A stretch of DNA of 64,000 nucleotides from Moniliella sp. 'wahieum' (lineage: Eukaryota), in assembly GCA_003971905.1 (NCBI GenBank), contig RSEE01000037.1, forward strand, positions 62,001 through 126,000, given 5' to 3'. The notes below the pieces were generated by a model. It ran no database searches, was not told where the DNA came from, and saw only the letters and a list, made by a program, of their open reading frames with translations. This document shows, piece after piece, positions 1-12,563 of this stretch. A program made the position numbers and the translations under genes. Every line of letters begins with the position of its first letter. Positions within the stretch are counted from its first letter, which is position 1.

Positions 1-429
1 AGCACACGCCCCGTATTTGTAAGCGGCCGCGGGGTCTCCCCCGGTCACGTGCAGAACACGTGCCACTGCTGCGTGGCCGATCGGGGGCAGCTGGATTGGT
101 GCGCCAGTGACGTCATCGATCCCCACTCCCGCATGCACGCGCCCTCGCCTGTGCGCGCGGACCACACGCGTGGCCAGAGGACCAGTGGCCGCGAGAGGCG
201 CGAGCGCGTCGAGGCGTCGATGAGGCCGACGAGGGTGGGGAGGGTGCCCCCCTGCGGCGGCGGGGCAGCTGCGCTTGCTGCTCCCAGACTCCCGCGCACT
301 GGCCGCCAGTGGCCGTCGCGGGAAGATCACATCTTCCCCCGCACCCCGCAGACGGATTATAAGCAGCCCTCTCCCGCGCCCGTGCGCTCTGCGGCCCCCC
401 TCGCCCCGCCTCGTGTCCCCCGTCCACCC

Positions 430-2783
430 ATGCTGCCCACGCTCGCCGCCCCCGTGCACGCCGTCGTCCAGCAGGCGCGCCGCCGCACCGCTGCGCTCGC
501 CCAGCACCCGCCGCTCTTCCTCTGCATCCGTCCTTTTGGATCTCGCAGGCGTACATTCTCCTCCAGTGTCTGCTCGCCTTCCTCTTTGCCCCGCCCGTGC
601 CACGTACGTGCTGCTCCCTTGTTGTCCATGTGCCAGTCGCGCCGCGTCGCGTTCGTGGTGGCTTTTCTTGCTGACCCAACGCACGCCGCGCTCCAGCCAA
701 GACGCGGTACGAGCACCCGCTCGGCCATGTGGCCGTGATTGGCACGGGCCTCACGGGCCTGTCCACCGCCGCGCACCTGCTCAGCCGCGGCTTCGAAGTC
801 ACGCTCTTTACCCTGGCCGAATCCGAGCGCGAGCTGGGTGGGATCTGGTCGCGGGTCAACACAACGTCCGGGCTGCAGATCAGTAGTGTCATGTACCGCT
901 TCTTCCCCTCGGTCTGCTGGTCCAGCGGCTACCCGCGTCGCGATGAGATTCTGGCCAACCTCGCTGTGCTGGCGGAAACGTATGGCCTGCTGGGCCGCAT
1001 TCGCTGGCGACGCCCGTAACGTCGGTCCAGCGCGCTCATTCCGCCCCTCGCACTGCGTCCTGCGACGAGCCCGTGCGCGGCCCAGCACAGTGGATTGTCA
1101 ATGGCGAAGAGGACGTGGTGTATGACGGGATGGCCGTTGCGACCGGCACATGTGGCCAGGCCAAGATGCTCGACTTGGACGGCCAAGAATCGTTTGCGGG
1201 AAAGATTGTGCACAGCATGCGCTGGATGTGCTGCACGCGTCCGATCTGGAGGGGAAGCAAGTCGTCGTCGTGGGCGGTGGGGCTTCCGGAGTGGAAGCGC
1301 TGGAACTTGTGCTCCGTCGTGGCGCGGCCAAAGCCACCATCTTAGCTCGGAGCGACAAGTGGTTTATCCCGCGCAACACGCTGGTGGATTGTTTGTTGGC
1401 ATGCCAGCCGCTGGGACGGGAGACACGCTTGACGCCCATCCTGGAATGGTTGTTGCGCAAGTTGCATTACCGCGACTTGGCCGAGAAGATGGCGCCGGTC
1501 GGCCTGCCGTTTTACAGTACGACGCCCGTAGTGAACGACGAGGCTTTGGCGCTCATCCGGACTGGCCGCGGCGAGTATTTGCGCGGAGACGTGCGCCACG
1601 TCGGGCCCGACAGCGTCCACTTTTCCCACCGCGCTCGGGGTACCCACGCCGGCGACCCCGGGTTTGAACAAGTGCACGTGCCTGCCGATGTGATTGTGGT
1701 CGCTACTGGATTTTCCAAGCCGTCCCTTGACTTTTTGCCCGACGACTTGTTCCCCGACGACTACCAGCGGCCCAACATGTACCTACAGGTGTTTCCGATT
1801 ACGGATCCGTCGTGTGGTGTCCGAATGCGACGTTTGAGGATGGAGTGGGCTCGGTGGGCAACTGGCACATTGGTATTTTTGCTCGGATCTGGAGCGTGTT
1901 TGCTATGGACCCAGCTACACGGCCTACGCCCCGGCAGATGCGCTTGTGGGTCGATCTGGTCGGCTGGGCCAAATCGTCATCGAGCGTACGCGCTCTCGCG
2001 TTTTTCACCTACACCGAACTGGTCCTGTGGGTCGTCGTGTGGCTCTTGTGCCGCGGCGCACGGTTGCAGTATGCGCTGTACGTGTTGTTTGGGTACGGGT
2101 ATTGGACCCCGTCCAACCTCATCCCAAAACCACGACCAAGACCCAGTCCAAGTCCCCTTCCCCGTCCTCAGCCAAGACAACACCACAGACGAGGCCAAGG
2201 AGACCTTGCCCACGGGCATGGACACAGACACCGGCACGGGCACGTTTCACCTGAGCCTTTCCAAGCTCCTCCCGCCCTTTGCGCGGCCGAGCAAGAAAGA
2301 AGAAACGGGGGGCAAGTATGGCGAGATGCTAGCGCGCTGGGGGGTCCGGCACTGTTGAATGTCGGGGTGGCCGAGGCGGTGGTGAGTGGGAAAAATATCA
2401 ACCTCCAACAGTGGGAACCGCGTCCGGACGGAGACAAGTTTTACCCGCCTCCGCCGGTGCGCGGACAAAAGGGCCAGGATGGTGCTCAGCACGACGCCCA
2501 GCACGATGCCCAGCACGATGCCCAGCACGATGCCCAGCACGAGGCCAAGCACGACGCCCAGCAAGAGGTCATACAGGAGGACCGCGATGCATCCGAGCAG
2601 GAAGGAGAGAAGATCCAAGAGACGGATACGAACCGGCAGGAGGCTAGGGATCCCACACAAGAAGAGCATGCCGGGACCAAGTCGAGTTGTCAGCCCGACG
2701 ACCCAACCCCTGCCCCTCCTCGCCACACCCATCATCCGCATCGTCATGGTGGCCGACGCCACAACAAAAAGCACAAAAACTAA
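430..2783 (+). CDS. Flavin-binding monooxygenase-like protein (FMO/BVMO-like), frameshifted, with at least one 5' intron
   Basis: FAD Rossmann motif VAVIGTGLTG...ELGGIW (729-). ATG motif 'AVATGTCG'. NADPH Rossmann 'VVVVGGGASG'. 'VIVVATGF'. Hydrophobic C-terminal segment, then a QHDA-repeat/His-rich tail. Acceptor ctgac..ctccag at 696. Stitched from ORFs 729, 1073, 1150 and 1812. Confidence 0.85.
2487..2562 (+). repeat. 12-bp coding minisatellite (CAGCACGAYGCC), about 6 units encoding (QHDA)n
   Basis: Direct tandem repeat visible; translated as AQHDAQHDAQHDAQHDAQHEAKHDAQ in ORF 1812..2783. Confidence 0.9.
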
Positions 2784-3561
2784 CCGTCTTCTCGGATGTC
2801 TATAGGTTGAGTTGCTCGTTCCGCCTGAGCGTCGAGCTCAACGTTGAGGCTCAACGATCTAAGCTCAACGCTCGACGCCATCAAATGCACATTTACGTGC
2901 TCTCAACGTATCAACAGTAGTACTCTTTTCGTTTTGTCGCTTGGATCCCGAAGACCCACACCCAGTTGACCGACATCCCCAATCCCCCCTGTGGCCTGAA
3001 TATTCAGGCATGAAAGGAGTGTTATCGTATGTACGGACCACGTATAGTTACAATGCTAACAAAAGTATGGTGGCTTAGTTGGTAGAGCCGTTTACTCTTT
3101 CGTCCTAGCTCGGGGGGTAGATGAGGCCGAAGTGGTAGCCCATAGCATGTTTGAGGTGAGTGATGGGCAAAAGGAGGAAAGATGGGCATTGCAGGGGAGG
3201 CAAAGCAAACCATAGCAGAACTAGAGGGCACAACAAACCAGCCCAGATCATCAGTGTGATATGATACGTAGACGCCCACACCCACGCAGAAAGAGAAAGA
3301 TAGGGGTATGAACAACACGTTGGCATGTGGCATGTGGAATGTGCAAGGTCGTAAACAGCGAAGCGTAACGGTAACGTGAGGTGAACCTCAGTGTGATGCG
3401 TCGGAGGACAAGGGGGGGAAAGAGGACGGAGAGGAGCGGGAGAGGGAAAGAGGGAAAGAGGTAAATATAGAAATGGGGATGTACAGGCACTGGGCACTTT
3501 TTTGTCATGGACCATCAACAACAGGACAACAGGCGCACCAGTAAGCTAAGCCGGTGCATCT

Positions 3562-4131
3562 TCATAGGGTCGAAGAACGGGATGCCGGAGAGAGAGGAAG
3601 TGAAGCTAGAGCGTGACGGAAGACAAGGCGGATTGGCGTTGTCGTCGCTGTTGTTGCCGTCGGGGCGTCCAGCAGTCTCGGCAGTACGCTGCGAATTCCC
3701 CCGGGCGCGGTAGGCAAGGGGACAAAAGACAGCGCAGTTAGAACAGTGAATGTTCTTGATCCGGTACCTGGACCTGGAATTCGATTCAGCAAGGCGCAGG
3801 GGGGGGTTAGGTCGCGTTGTGCGTATATTTTGGCTCTACACACTGCGGTGCACCATGCGCGCGGACCAGAGACGAGGACGTACCATCCGACGTAGGGGCA
3901 GGACGAGAGGCCTGTCGGGCCTTGGTTCACCCGGAGGGGCGAGGTAGCCACAGGCGAGTGGGGTGGGGCCAGCATGGAGACCGAAGGGACAGAGGAGGTA
4001 GGCGTGCTACTGGAGGGGACACCAGAGCCACTCGAAGCCGAGGAGGACGCAGACGCATCAGTGTCCCCTGGGGTGGTGGACGAGGGGACACGCAAGGTAG
4101 TGGCCGATGGAAGCGGTGGGGTGTTGGACAT
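3562..4131 (-). CDS. Hypothetical Ser/Pro-rich protein, probably spliced
   Basis: CACC-ATG after a C-rich leader. MSNTPPLPSATT...; GTACGT donor near 3883 and CTAAC...CAG acceptor near 3689. No family recognised. Confidence 0.35.
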   Translation of the reverse strand: MSNTPPLPSATTLRVPSSTTPGDTDASASSSASSGSGVPSSSTPTSSVPSVSMLAPPHSPVATSPLRVNQGPTGLSSCPYVGWYVLVSGPRAWCTAVCRAKIYAQRDLTPPCALLNRIPGPGTGSRTFTVLTALSFVPLPTAPGGIRSVLPRLLDAPTATTATTTPIRLVFRHALASLPLSPASRSSTL

Positions 4132-7100
4132 GGTGGTGGCGGGGTAGTGGTGGTGAGTGGGATGGCGATGGCGATGGCGATGGCGATGGAGCAGGGCGAA
4201 TGGAGCGGAGGATGGATTATCCTGGGATGTGGATGGAGATCTGTTTGTGCCGTGTGGGTGCGCGGTGGGGCGCATGTGCTGTGAAAGGGGGGGGGGGGGG
4301 GGGGGGGCAAAGGGTGCCGGACCAATCAATCGTCTTGGCCAATAGGGGCACTATAAACTGAATCTGAAAAGAGAGGGCGCGAAACAGGCGCGTGTACACT
4401 GGGCGCGAGGCGCAGGGCACAGCTGCACAGTGCAGGGCGATGCGCGAGCGTACTCCTATACTGTAGACACTACAAGCTGAATGGGAATGGGGCTGGGCGC
4501 GCGGCCAGGGGGAGCGTTGGGGGGGGAGGCAGCTGGCGCACAGGCTAAGCCGTGGTAGGATTATCGATTATCGATTATCGGTCGAATAGGTTGTGGAAAA
4601 TGCGTGGACTGGCTGTGGACACACGGCGCTGCGACGCGTGTTTGGTTGGCGCAGCCCCCGTGGGTCGACGGAGGGTCCGCTTTCCAAACTCAGCACACAA
4701 ACAGGAGTTTGCTGTGGAGGGCGTGTGGGGGCTCACGCGAGGCGGTCGATGAGGCTTTTCAGGTGGGAGGGCGCGTCATCGATCACATCGATCACATCGA
4801 TCACATGTCACAGGGGGTCGGAGTGCCGCTGACACATGTGACAGTTGCGCGTGGCGGAGCTGGGAGGCTTATTCCAGTGTGTGTAGTACAAGTGCTGTTA
4901 ACATTTAGTCTTTTCCGTTGGCGACTGCTTAATTGTGCCTCTTTGGGTACACAGCCTGACAGCCTCAAGGAGGCTGGGTGGGAACGATGTTGTTTGGGAA
5001 AGGGGGACAAAAGGGGGGAGAGGCCGAACGGAACGGAGGGATGAGGGCATGGGGGAAGCGACTTCTCTACGGTAATAACGTTAGCGCGTGTTACATGTTA
5101 GCGGATACTCTAATTATAAATCGGTCGCGTGTACGTAGGACGTCGCAGGCCAATTACAATTGCAGGAACCGCTCGGGAGTTAAACGTTAAGCTGTTAAAC
5201 GCGCCTTTCAAACCGACTCCAGGGGGGGCGGGAAGGGCCGGGGCGAGGTAGAGGCGGCCCGGGGATCAATGAGACCGACATATGTAGATGAGATGGGAGG
5301 CTCGCCGCCAGCCTACCCGCCAACGAGCGTACTCATCACTAACGACAACAGGTAGGTCTTAGATAGTATATCTCCCCATGGCGTTTGCGCTGTTTGGTTG
5401 CTGGTGCGCTGCGCTGCGCCCCTGAGCAACTCTCATCAGTGGGTTGGTGCAGTGTGGCGCGTAGTGCATGATGCATGACCGACGTGTGGCGAGGTGGAGG
5501 GTATAGCCCGTAGTGCTATAGTAGAAAAGTAAGCACCACGACCGCGGCAATTCAGCTTCATCGATCACCGCTTTCTCCTTTTCCCTGCGCCGGCATAAGA
5601 CACCATCGGCATCGATCAACTGAAAGCATCTGTGCATCCACTCATGAGCCTCTTCTTCCTCTCTGTTTGCTTCCCGAACTCTCAAGCTTGAAGCTTGAAG
5701 CTTGATGTTTGAAGCTTGAAGCTGTTCAAGACTCTCGCCACTAGAGTCACTAGTCACTAATAGTCACTATCTAGCCCGTATCTGTCACTGATCGATCACT
5801 ACAAGTCACGCCTCACACGCCAATCGTCCCAGTGCGACTGTGTGGACAAGTGACGTTGAGGACCCTGGGCTGCTCCACACCACATGTCTCGTACTTCAAC
5901 GCGGTGGAGCCGAGGTCGAAGCTCTGAAGCTTGAAGCTATAACTACTCAAGAGCTTGAAGGGAGGAAACGCGCAGAGACGGCAGGAGCGAGCTTCCCGCT
6001 CCCTCAGGACCCTCCTTCAGGTACGTTCAGCAGGCCAGCGAGGGCCGGGAGGGCTAAGGAGGGTCAGTCATGCATCATGACTCAGTACTCAGGCCTCACG
6101 CGCTAACGTCCCAGGCTGAGCGACTAAGCCTGAAATCTGAGAAGAGCAGGTTGCGGTGCGTGGCCTTGCGTGGCGCCGGCACTGGCGTGCCTGGCGTGGC
6201 CGGCCGGTGATTGGTGACCGGTGACCGGGCCGGGAAGATGTGATAGATTGTGCTCGACAGGAGTCGGAGTCTGTGCCTGTGTGTGCTGAGCCGCTCAGCC
6301 TCGCTCAGAGCTGCTCAGCGCGCTGAGGTAGCGCTCAGCCTGAGCTGCGTAACGCTCAGCCTGCCCCAAACAACAGCTCAAAGATGAATCATTAATCATC
6401 CTGCATCCTCCGAGAAAGCCGGTCAATATTCAATCTATATCGCTCAGCCCAGAAGAAAAAGAAACTGAGGGTCGCCCTGAGCTGCAGCAGGCTTCAGTTG
6501 CTCCAGCCTGTGGTCACCCGCTACCGCCTACCCCAACCCAGGCTGAAAATCTCGCGCTGAGCCTTAGCCCTTCAAGTAAGGTTAGGCCTAAGGATTCATC
6601 ATACTGATCGAATTAGCCCCCCCATACCCCACTCCACGGCGGATAATCGAGAACTGTTGCGACCGACAAAACGACCTATAGTCACATTCATTCCCGGATC
6701 GCATTGGCGCCTCCCGCTCCATACTTCTTTCCCACTGCCAAAAAAGCAGAGGGAAGAAGGCGTGGCGTCTTTGGATGAACTCTGTAAGCACATCGCATGC
6801 ATCACGGTCGTGCACACTGTCTCTATGATATAAGATCTAAGCTTCAACCGATCCTTCGCCTTCCGTCGCTCACATTCGTCACATACCTTCTCACCGAAAG
6901 AAGTTGCAAGCGTCCGTGCATCTGTTGCTCTCTCTGTTTCTCTCTGTTTCTCTCTGTTTCTCTCTCTGTCTCTGTGCTCACTCTGTGCTCTCGTTTCTCT
7001 TTGTGTTCTGAGATCTGAGCTGTGTGCGAAAGAGTTTGAGATTTGATCGTAGGATCTCTCTCTGAGATATCCGAGATTCTTTTCTGGGATCTGTTTCTCC

Positions 7101-8262
7101 TGGCAATAGTTCTCGTATGTGTCCGTGCACCGCGGACCCGGAGGAGGAGAGGGATTTGGGATCTAGATGTGGGATGGACAGCGCGCCTAGGAGGACAAGC
7201 CACGAAAAAGGTATATCAGTTTGTGCAGTGGTTTTTGGTGATTGAAGTGGGGGCTATTGCATACTGAAATCGATGTCGGGTTTTCAATGACTTGCGGGAT
7301 GGCCGATGGGTGTGGAATGTGGAGGGAAAGAGGGATCGGAAATGGGCTGGTGAGGGGGGGCTTGATGGAGGGATGAAGTCGATGAAGGGACGGGGGAGCT
7401 CGAAAGGCGGGTGGCGGACACGACAGTGGCGAGGGATTGACTATTGTGGTGGGTCCTGTGGGCGGTTAGGGAAGGGGGTTACAGCGCGGACAGGCCGCAG
7501 GGGAGATGGAATGAGCGGTGATGATGGATGGTGCAATGGGGTGCTCGGATGGCCCAACGGAGTGTCGGAGAAATAAGGATCCAATTATCAAATACCCAAG
7601 CTCAAGAGCCCGAAGAGGCAGCCCGAGTACGTTCGTTCGGTGTGCGCGTTGCCGATTACCACTTCAACGGTATAAAATGAGTGAACGCAGCTTCCGGGGG
7701 CGCAGCCAGACTGGCGCAGTGCGGCCGCAAGGGAGACCAACTGCACTGTTCTGCTGCGGAGGATGCGGCCGACGCAGGAGACAGGCGGGGTGCGGAGTGC
7801 CGGCGCTGGGCCGGTGGGTACGTATAGCCCCTTGCATGCGCATAGTGGGAGGACTACGATCAGAGTATCTGACGTGAGTATACCAGTACCGAGTCCCGCA
7901 GGACAGCTCCATGCACTTGTGCTCCGGACCAACGACCGACCAATCGGACGTGTCTCTTCGTCCTTGCACTTCCTGCCCACCTCTCCCACCCGCACCTCAC
8001 GCATCTGTCGCCACAACACCACTCTCCTCTCCTTGCCTGCCACCCCCTGCCCCTCCCCTGCCCCCCCGAGGGTGCGCCCACACCCGCGCCACCGCATCGG
8101 CGTCTGCTTTCCTTTTGCGATTATCCCCTCTCCCCTTCTTCGTTTGGCGCTTCTATCCCTCTCAAGCCCAACACACCTCGCGCCGCCCCGACGCTTCCCT
8201 TATGATCGCCCCCGTCGTCTCCCCCCCCGTCAGCACCACCTCCCCCTGTGACCGCTCCTCTC

Positions 8263-9482
8263 ATGACACTGCCCTCGACACCCCCCACCACCCACACTCT
8301 CCCCCCGCACATCCGCTTCTTGGCCCGCCGCCCCCGCCGCCCCCGCTGATGATGCTGTGTCATCCGCTGGCGGCTACGCTTGTCCCACGTGTGGCCACCG
8401 CTTCCGCCGCAAGAATGGCCTGAGCCGCCACGTGCGCTCCCACACCGGCGAAAAGCCGTTTGCGTGCCCTCTCTGCAAGTTCCGCTCCACCCGCACCGAC
8501 AGTCTCCAGCGCCACATGAAGCTCCACGTCCCCACCCACCCATCCCGCCTCCGCACCCTCCGCTCCAGGTCTAGCATTCACCAGCCCTCAATCTTCTCCG
8601 ATGCCCCACCAAACATCTTCGATCTACCTGGCACCACACCCATTGCACTGCCTTCCCCAGCGCCACAGCGCCCACCGCCTCCTACGGTGTTACCACCAAC
8701 TTGCCTACCTACCGTCCCCACCACCATCTCTCCCACCCATACCACATCGAGCGCCGCGTGTGGCCCTCGCTCCCGGAAGGAGATACGGCTCGCCGTATCG
8801 GCAACCAGCTGGCCTTTCAGCCCAGTAAGGGCATGTACCCCCCCATTCCCCTTAACACGGCCACTCCAAGTTTTCTTGTCTCCCTCTCCTCTGGGCGCGA
8901 CGAGGGGTCGGTGCCAGCTCGTTTGACATGTTGGATCCAGATCCCTCTTCTGCCATGTCCTTCATTCCCAAGCCCAAACCGGGACCGGTGGCACCCCTCC
9001 CCCCCACCCATCTCTTCTCCGAAACTTTCTCTGCTTCCCTGTTCTGCCACTCAGACAGTCCCAGCTCGAAACACAGACACATCAGCCACCCCGCTGACAC
9101 TAGCTTGGATCTACGTCCGAATGCGGCCCGAGGCGGTGGGGGAGTGTACCCACCACCGCTGCCTCCTCCTCCAAGTAGCTGTTTGACCAGCCCTTCAGGG
9201 ATCCATCTGAGTCCAGGCTCAGCGCCGGCGGTGGAGGGGAATCAACTGCGTCCAAAGAGCTGTACGTTGTCTTCGCCTAGGACGGGCCAGTCCGCGCCCG
9301 AGCATCTTCCCTCCCACCACCGATCAGTATGCAACACGCGGAACCAAGATACAGATAACGCCACCCCATTACTCATCTCGCCCTCCTCCGCAGCAAGCAG
9401 TGCTCAGCCAGGGTACCGGCCTTGGCATCTCCACCGCCACCCCTTCCTGGTACGGCCTCGGATATCTCTCCGGTCCATCTGA
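8263..9482 (+). CDS. C2H2 zinc-finger transcription factor (two N-terminal fingers)
   Basis: YACPTCGHRFRRKNGLSRHVRSH-TGEKPF-ACPLCKFRSTRTDSLQRHMKLH at ~8376-8526, with a canonical TGEKP linker and a Pro/Ser-rich tail. Start and end uncertain. Confidence 0.8.
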
Positions 9483-10045
9483 CGGAAGGGTTCCCTTTTG
9501 CCACCGACTTTAATTTTGGTCCTCTCTGGATCAAACCAGCAACGTGGGCGTAACCTGGCTCCGAACAGAATAGCTGGTGGGCATGGGGTGGAAGACTGAT
9601 TTGGATAAGACGGTCCAAATTACGGGGGAAGCTGGTGAAGAAGGAAACGTCCACTTCAGAATCGTCGCTTTGCCATCGACGAAACCAGTACCGCCCATCT
9701 TGAATTTTTTTCGCCTTTGTGTTCAACTAGGTAATTTTAAGTGTTGGAAGTCGAACGTTGAGCATCACGACACTTGCAGGAGGTCAGCATTTCGAGGATC
9801 TAGGATCCCCGAAGCATAGATATTGTAGATGGCTAGGAAAGCATGCCAGGTATACGAGTTCCAACCCCCTTTGACAGGAACAATCTCGTTCCATCGGGCC
9901 TCCCGGGTACGAGCTCGGGCGAAGGCTTTCTGGTCGGCAAAGCTTCTAGGGGCTTTCCTCTTTCCATACCAGGGATATGGAAGCAAAGGGCCAAGAGGCA
10001 ACCACAGCAGAGATGAGATTGTTCTGGTAGACTCCTTTGTTGTTG

Positions 10046-10048
<3 letters not shown>

Positions 10049-10088
<40 letters not shown>
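10049..10088. repeat. (TC)n microsatellite
   Basis: About 20 perfect dinucleotide units. Confidence 0.95.
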
Positions 10089-10094
<6 letters not shown>

Positions 10095-10302
10095 GCTTTT
10101 TCCATGCCCTTTCTTTCGATTAACGAACCTCGATCCTCTCTCCATTTGGCTCGCCTACTCGCCTGCCTGCCTGTTTACCAGAGTCTCTTGTGCTCACGCT
10201 TAGGTAGTCACTGTACTTCCGAGCTCTCTGGTGCTTCCCTCAGAGAGACGCCTGGTTCCTTGTGTTCACGCGTAGTTAGATTGTACAGCCGAGCCAGTCT
10301 GC

Positions 10303-10400
10303 CCCTGGTGCCTGCGTCTAGCGGAGACAGCCTGTCCTCTGGTGCCTGCGTCTGGCCGAGACAGCCTCCCCTGGTGCCTCTGCCTCAGAGAGAGACCGCA
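10303..10400. repeat. Degenerate ~33-bp minisatellite, 3 units (plus a partial copy at ~10226-10253)
   Basis: Units ccctggtgcctgcgtctagcggagacagcct / ctctggtgcctgcgtctggccgagacagcct / ccctggtgcctctgcctcagagagagacc. Confidence 0.75.
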
Positions 10401-12023
10401 GCATTAGACTCTCGAACACTGCTGCAGTGCCGCTAGTGTTGCGGCGTAGGACATATTACTTCCGTAGGCCCCTGGTGTGGCCAGATTGGTCTGTGCGCCC
10501 AGATTGGCTGCGCGCACGCGAGCCTCATTTTAACCTCCTGCTCCTTTGTGGCTGCATCCTCTCTCCGACCTCACCACCGCCCCTCTCTTCGCGCCCGTCG
10601 CAACTGGTATCCCATCTCTGCAGCCAGCACATCGCAGAGTGCTCTGTGCCACGATGCAACCGCACCATCTTAGCTGTGTCCTCCTGCCGTACGTGCTCAT
10701 TCCCTCTTGAACAACGGCGCGCCGTTGCTGACCTGGCCCCGCCACATGCATACACAGACTCCCCCTCGCGATCCATCTTGCCCTCGCTTCATCTGGTCCG
10801 CAGCGCCATCGCACGTACCCGCTTCCTCAGCATTCCTCTCACTTCTGCTGATATTATGGGTGGCATGTTTGATATATGCATGCGCCGTCTCGCTCACCTT
10901 CGACCAACCCTTGTCCGTCTGCTCACTTTGGGTGTCTCGCTCACATGGCCTGTGGTCCTCTCGCTTGGCTGGTCTGCCTTGCCATCGTACGTCCCCCGTG
11001 TCGCGCTTGGAGATGTCCTGCCACTGACACTGTCTGCCCAGCTGCTGCATGCACGGAATCCCACGGTTGGTTCCTCTCGCATTGTTCGCCTCGACTCATC
11101 TGACCTCTGTTTCGCCATAGTACGTCCCTTCTGTTATATACCGACGCTGTTCCTGACCTCGTCCGCCCTACAGGTACATTCCGACTTCATCCCGCTTGTC
11201 CTTGCTACTGGCTGGCTTGATCGCGTGACCTGTGAGTCCGTCGTCGCACATCTTCTGTGTCTCTCGCTAGCCCTCTGTGTGCTGCTGCTGACTTGGCCAG
11301 TTTCTCCCTAGTGCGCGCTCCCCTAACACTAACGTGCCACTTGCTGTGCAGCTCACTGATATACTACGTTGTGATGGTTCCGTCCTCCGTCGCATCTAAC
11401 TGTAACTGTGTTGGTTGCCGTATAATCGCTTCCCAGCGATCTTCGAATGCATTCTATACCTACAAAAGTAACCGCCCTGGTGGTAAATATCTGCTAGTTC
11501 TGCGTCGATGCCAGCCCCCCAACCAGCCAGCCGGTTAGAGTGTCTACAAGCACGCATCTAATCAACAGCTAAGCGTTTGGGCGCATTTGGGCTAAGCGCT
11601 TGACTACATGTGGCCAAAGTGTAAACCTCCATCGGGAGGGTTAATTTATTTTTGGCTGATTTGGTTGGCGCCGAAGCAACATATTAATTTTTCATGGCCG
11701 CCCGTGTAGGCAATGGAAAATAGACAACAGACCATCGCAATGCCAATCGGAATCCCAACAGTGGCGATGGTGATGGCGATGCCGAGGTTAGCACGTACAC
11801 CTGTAATACATGGTCCGTCTTTCGTAGCTCCCTATCGTCTCTCGCCGTTACCCACAACTGGGATCCGTCTCGTGGGCATCTAGCTACGCATGTCGCTACG
11901 CATGTCGCTACGCATGTCCGCCCCCTCCCCCCCCAGCCAAAAATGATCCACTTTGCCTGGTTCGATTGCTCCTTTCCTCCAGCAACAACACAAGCAACGC
12001 CCGAGCCCCACAGCACGATGCAC

Positions 12024-12563
12024 TTATTCCTCAGCAGGGTAGTTGTACCTAAGATTGCAGCGGGAACACCCAGGGAAGGTGGGGTCAGTGGACACGCACT
12101 GAGAAGAGAACAGAAAACATAGAACAGAAGGGAGAAGGAACGTACTTGGGGTTGAAGAACAAACTCTGGGGCCCCCAGGGGAAATCGTGGACTTTGTGGT
12201 TAAGATGTTCGTACTTGGGCCGGGGCGGCAGCTCGCCGTCGTTCTCAGCCAGGACGTGTTCGTGGTGCTTGGCGTGGTCCAGCTCCTTGCCACCAAAGTA
12301 GAAGAGGCCGAGGTGACGGCGGGGACAGCGACAAAGAAGGTGATCTTGGCCCAGAGCTTGCCCGAGTGGGCAGCGTGGCTGACGTACTGCTCCTGGTGCT
12401 TGTTGAAGGCGGCAGCCTTGGCCGGGTCGGGAGGGACAAAGCCAAAGTACTCCTGCGGGATGGGCGCGCCGGGGGGGAACTCCTTGATGGGGGCCGAGTG
12501 GGCGAAGCGGACGCCGCGCGTGGCGGTGCGGGCGACGGTGCGGGTGGCAGCAAGCGGGAGCAT
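12024..12563 (-). CDS. COX13: Cytochrome c oxidase subunit VIa; intron 12049-12145
   Basis: Arg-rich mitochondrial presequence, then HAAHSGKLWAKITFFVAVP (TM) and ELPPRPKYEHLNHKVHDFPWGPQSLFFNPK|YNYPAEE*. GTACGT..CTGAC..TTAG intron. One frameshift. Confidence 0.93.
   Translation of the reverse strand: MLPLAATRTVARTATRGVRFAHSAPIKEFPPGAPIPQEYFGFVPPDPAKAAAFNKHQEQYVSHAAHSGKLWAKITFFVAVPAVTSASSTLVARSWTTPSTTNTSWLRTTASCRPGPSTNILTTKSTISPGGPRVCSSTPSTFLLPSVLCFLFSSQCVSTDPTFPGCSRCNLRYNYPAEE

Noticed and set aside
10303..10400. CRISPR-like array
   Set aside because: The units are contiguous with no unique spacers, there are no cas genes, and the context is eukaryotic.
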